This document shows positions 61,501 through 64,000 of a stretch of DNA of 64,000 bases, one piece after another. The notes under the pieces were generated by a model that was not told the DNA's origin, made no database searches, and saw only the letters and a list, made by a program, of their open reading frames with translations. Position 1 is the first letter of the stretch. Each line of letters opens with the position of its first letter. The position numbers and the translations under genes were made by a program. This DNA is from Eimeria praecox. Taxonomy: Eukaryota. Where the stretch lies: the NCBI GenBank assembly GCA_963920595.1, contig OY986947.1, forward strand, positions 620,001 through 684,000, given 5' to 3'.

Positions 61501-62600
61501 AACCAAAAGTTCAAAATCAGAAACAATGGAGTTCTGACGGTGCATCACCAAAGCGCACGGGTGAACCCGCTCGGCTGTCTGGACACCACAGCGCATTCGC
61601 CACCATGAAGCGTCGGGGGTTTCGTTGTGCTTTGAACCACGATGGAAGCATCTAAGGAACCCTATGGAATTTTTGAAATCATTACGATTCTAGTTCCTTT
61701 CCTTGATCTGAATATTTCATCATGTCTGGATGCGCAGTATATGCACGGCTATGAACTAGTTTTCCCGACAAACTGCCGAGGCAGTCTCATATACTAATAT
61801 TCACTCGTTAGGAAAACTGAATCTTAAGTGCCTAATCAGACATTTCCGAGCAACTGTTGTTCCTAGCTGAGGGATCGCCTCTAGAGTAGAACTGCCTGCC
61901 TGCAGTGCTCTTCGTGTCGATAAAATCTGAATCAAGAAAATAAGTCGGTAAACCTAGTTGGTAAACTTGCATGATTCCCCAATTATTCTCGTTTGCTGGC
62001 ACGAATGAATGGAAAACGCAAAAAAACTTCATTCTCGTCTCTGCCGAACTGGAATTTTATCTACCGTGTGGCGTCTGACAAATCAGTCGGCAGCGAGTGT
62101 GGGCACCTTGACCCAAACGGTTGGTCAGAAAGCATGCACGAACCTCAAGAAGCACGAGGCGAAATAACTACCACGGACTTCCCGACATCGTCACTAAATC
62201 CCCTTCCATCCATTCTACTGCTGCGTACCACAAAACTAAAGAGCAGTACAAGCCATTCAACGACATTGTCGTCTACCAAGCGGGCCTGAATGATACCAAT
62301 AAGAGCTGAACAAAGAAACATCCCCATTTCCACTGCTCTTCGAACCATCGCGGCAACGGGCCTCAGTCGATCGTCGTAGGTAATGCCAAGCTCTTGGTAC
62401 CGCGAAACGAGTCACCTCTAGGAATTGTGAGCTCCACAGGGAGTAATAACCCCTTGCAATATGCCCACATCCAAGCAAGTTGCTTTGTAAACAGTTTCAA
62501 TCTTGATGTGTCCTGCCTCTACCGTTCGGAATGAGCGGGCCTACACTTAGGAGGCCAGTTTCGTCAACGAACGTTGATGGTGTAGCCTTGCAAATAGCCT
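58600..62600 (+). mobile_element. Highly decayed Ty3/Gypsy LTR retrotransposon fossil (gag?-protease-RT-RNaseH-integrase)
   Basis: Collinear faint motifs: protease-like PLLNANVETHFVSNRIL (~59350); RT-like PSLAGSPHLFSVK/KSDKHVQM (~60340), HDMPH*TA...TMP, KIKVFRLIPKVKKSYQSALTLVNVW (~60910); RNase H-like ARESRK...HWKAW (~61190-61290); integrase-like FPTNCRGSLILIFTR and CLPAVLFVS (~61760-61920). Many stops and frameshifts; boundaries approximate. Confidence 0.65.
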
Positions 62601-62611
62601 CCTAGTTGGGA

Positions 62612-64000
62612 TCAAATGTCATCCAGCAAGTGAGAAGAAGCTCCTGTCCCAGGCGCCGGTGCCGGAAGAGCAGGCGCAGCACCTTTGATGTACTGGTATG
62701 TCATTCGGCCGTAAGCTACAGGCGGCACGTAGTTCTTCCTAATCTTTGGCGCCTGGCTAGCCAGAATTTCGTGGTTCCTTGCTGAAAACAAAATCCGCAC
62801 AGCAAAGCTGAGCAACCTCGATGCACGCTGGGGAAGTGCGGCCCCCAAGGAATGGATTAAAACCAACGACTTGATTGTGGGTGAGCCTGATGAGCTTGAA
62901 CTGGTTGGATACTCACCAGCTTTGCCTCCGTTAATGTTAACGCCTAGCTTCTTAAACTTCCGCAGCGTCTTCGAGTCATTCTTCTCCACCTTCTTTACGA
63001 TGCTCTGAGAGGAGGAGCAAACACAAGCAGCAGCTTCTACCAGTTACAAAACAAAGACATTCAAATGCTGGAAAACAAAAGCCGCGAAAACCATCTTTCA
63101 ACCCACCGCAATTTGTTTGTTCCTCTGCGAATCGATCTCCCTGAAAAGAAAGCACAACAAAAACTCCACATCTCATGAAGAAGGCTCAGAAGGGCCAACA
63201 ACAGCAAGTGGTGGCTAGTTGAATACGCAATATCCTGTATAGTCCCGCTTGCATCCCCGCGCATCTTCGTGGGTAGGTTGTGAGCAAATGAGGCAAACGT
63301 TTGTGAACACCCTCAAATGCTGTTCAAATGCATATTTCACGCGTTTCTGCTTCGAATGTTTACCTCTCTTTCCACTTGCTACGGAGCACTCGAATTGGCC
63401 TGTTGCCTACGTATTTGTAGTTCATTTCTTTGATTGCTTTTAACATATCGTTTGGATCTAAGAACGAGACGAAGCCTGCAGGCGCAACTCGAGCAGCAAT
63501 TACCGACAAAATGATATATCTGATCTTTCTGTTCAGTACTTTGCAGGTGTCAAAACCTCTAAATGACAAGGGGAAATGACTTACCATATCCTTTGGTCTT
63601 TCCTGTTCGTTTGTCCCGAACAACACGAGCCTTGTCGAAGGATTTGTACTTGCGGAAAGCGCTGGCGAGTACTTCATCAGTTACTTCATTTCCGAGATCT
63701 CCACAGAACACTCTGCAGCACAAACAAACAGAAAAGACAAATGAAGGCTTCATCAAGCCAACACCCTCGTTTGTTTCCCTTGAACGATATGTTCCCGTCT
63801 TACAAAGCTAGCAGCGTCGGGGTGTTGTTGTTTGTGCTTTCTCTCCCTCATAGAACTCGTTTGTTACCTGTGATCGTTCTCTGACCATTCATCCAAAGTC
63901 GGATCGCTCCATATATGTCCTGCAGCCTTTCGAAGATGAACTTTCTTCTTTTCTGTGTTTGCAGACGCCATCACACTACCCATGGAGGCAGCCTCTTCTG
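62612..64000 (-). CDS. RBM42: RBM42-like RRM splicing factor, 5' end beyond the window; exons >64000-63868, 63712-63585, 63475-63364, 63140-63107, 63004-62917, 62781-62612
   Basis: LRKAAGHIWSDPTLDEWSENDHR|VFCGDLGNEVTDEVLASAFRKYKSFDKARVVRDKRTGKTKGY|GFVSFLDPNDMLKAIKEMNYKYVGNRPIRVLRSKWKER is the characteristic RBM42 RRM. GT-AG introns are in phase. Confidence 0.92.

Overview
Eukaryotic (apicomplexan) genomic DNA, almost certainly Eimeria. The evidence is CAG/CTG-derived homopolymeric amino-acid runs in exons, interstitial AAACCCT/TTTAGGG telomere-like arrays in introns, TGCATGCA motifs, and alternating repeat-poor and repeat-rich segments. Hand-built spliced models give eight genes: an unknown ~964-aa protein (+), CIA2/MIP18 (+), canonical poly(A) polymerase (+), a membrane J-domain protein (-), a TOG/CLASP-N-like HEAT protein (+), a 16-exon SPEF2/CPC1-like flagellar protein (-), a C2H2-like finger/Tudor-like protein (+) and RBM42 (-, runs off the window). 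Two heavily decayed Ty3/Gypsy fossils lie in the repeat-poor segments, one with a chromodomain; a third, fainter one may lie near the start. The most unusual signals are: (1) repeated intronic copies of exon ends with their splice sites in three different genes, some with synonymous-biased divergence and one inverted; (2) 4 of about 47 modelled introns needing GC donors, 3 of them in SPEF2; (3) a dispersed GGTGTAYRTACACC palindrome, often at splice sites; (4) a near-perfect 22-bp hairpin at 314-366. All family assignments come from motif recognition by eye; no database searches were run.
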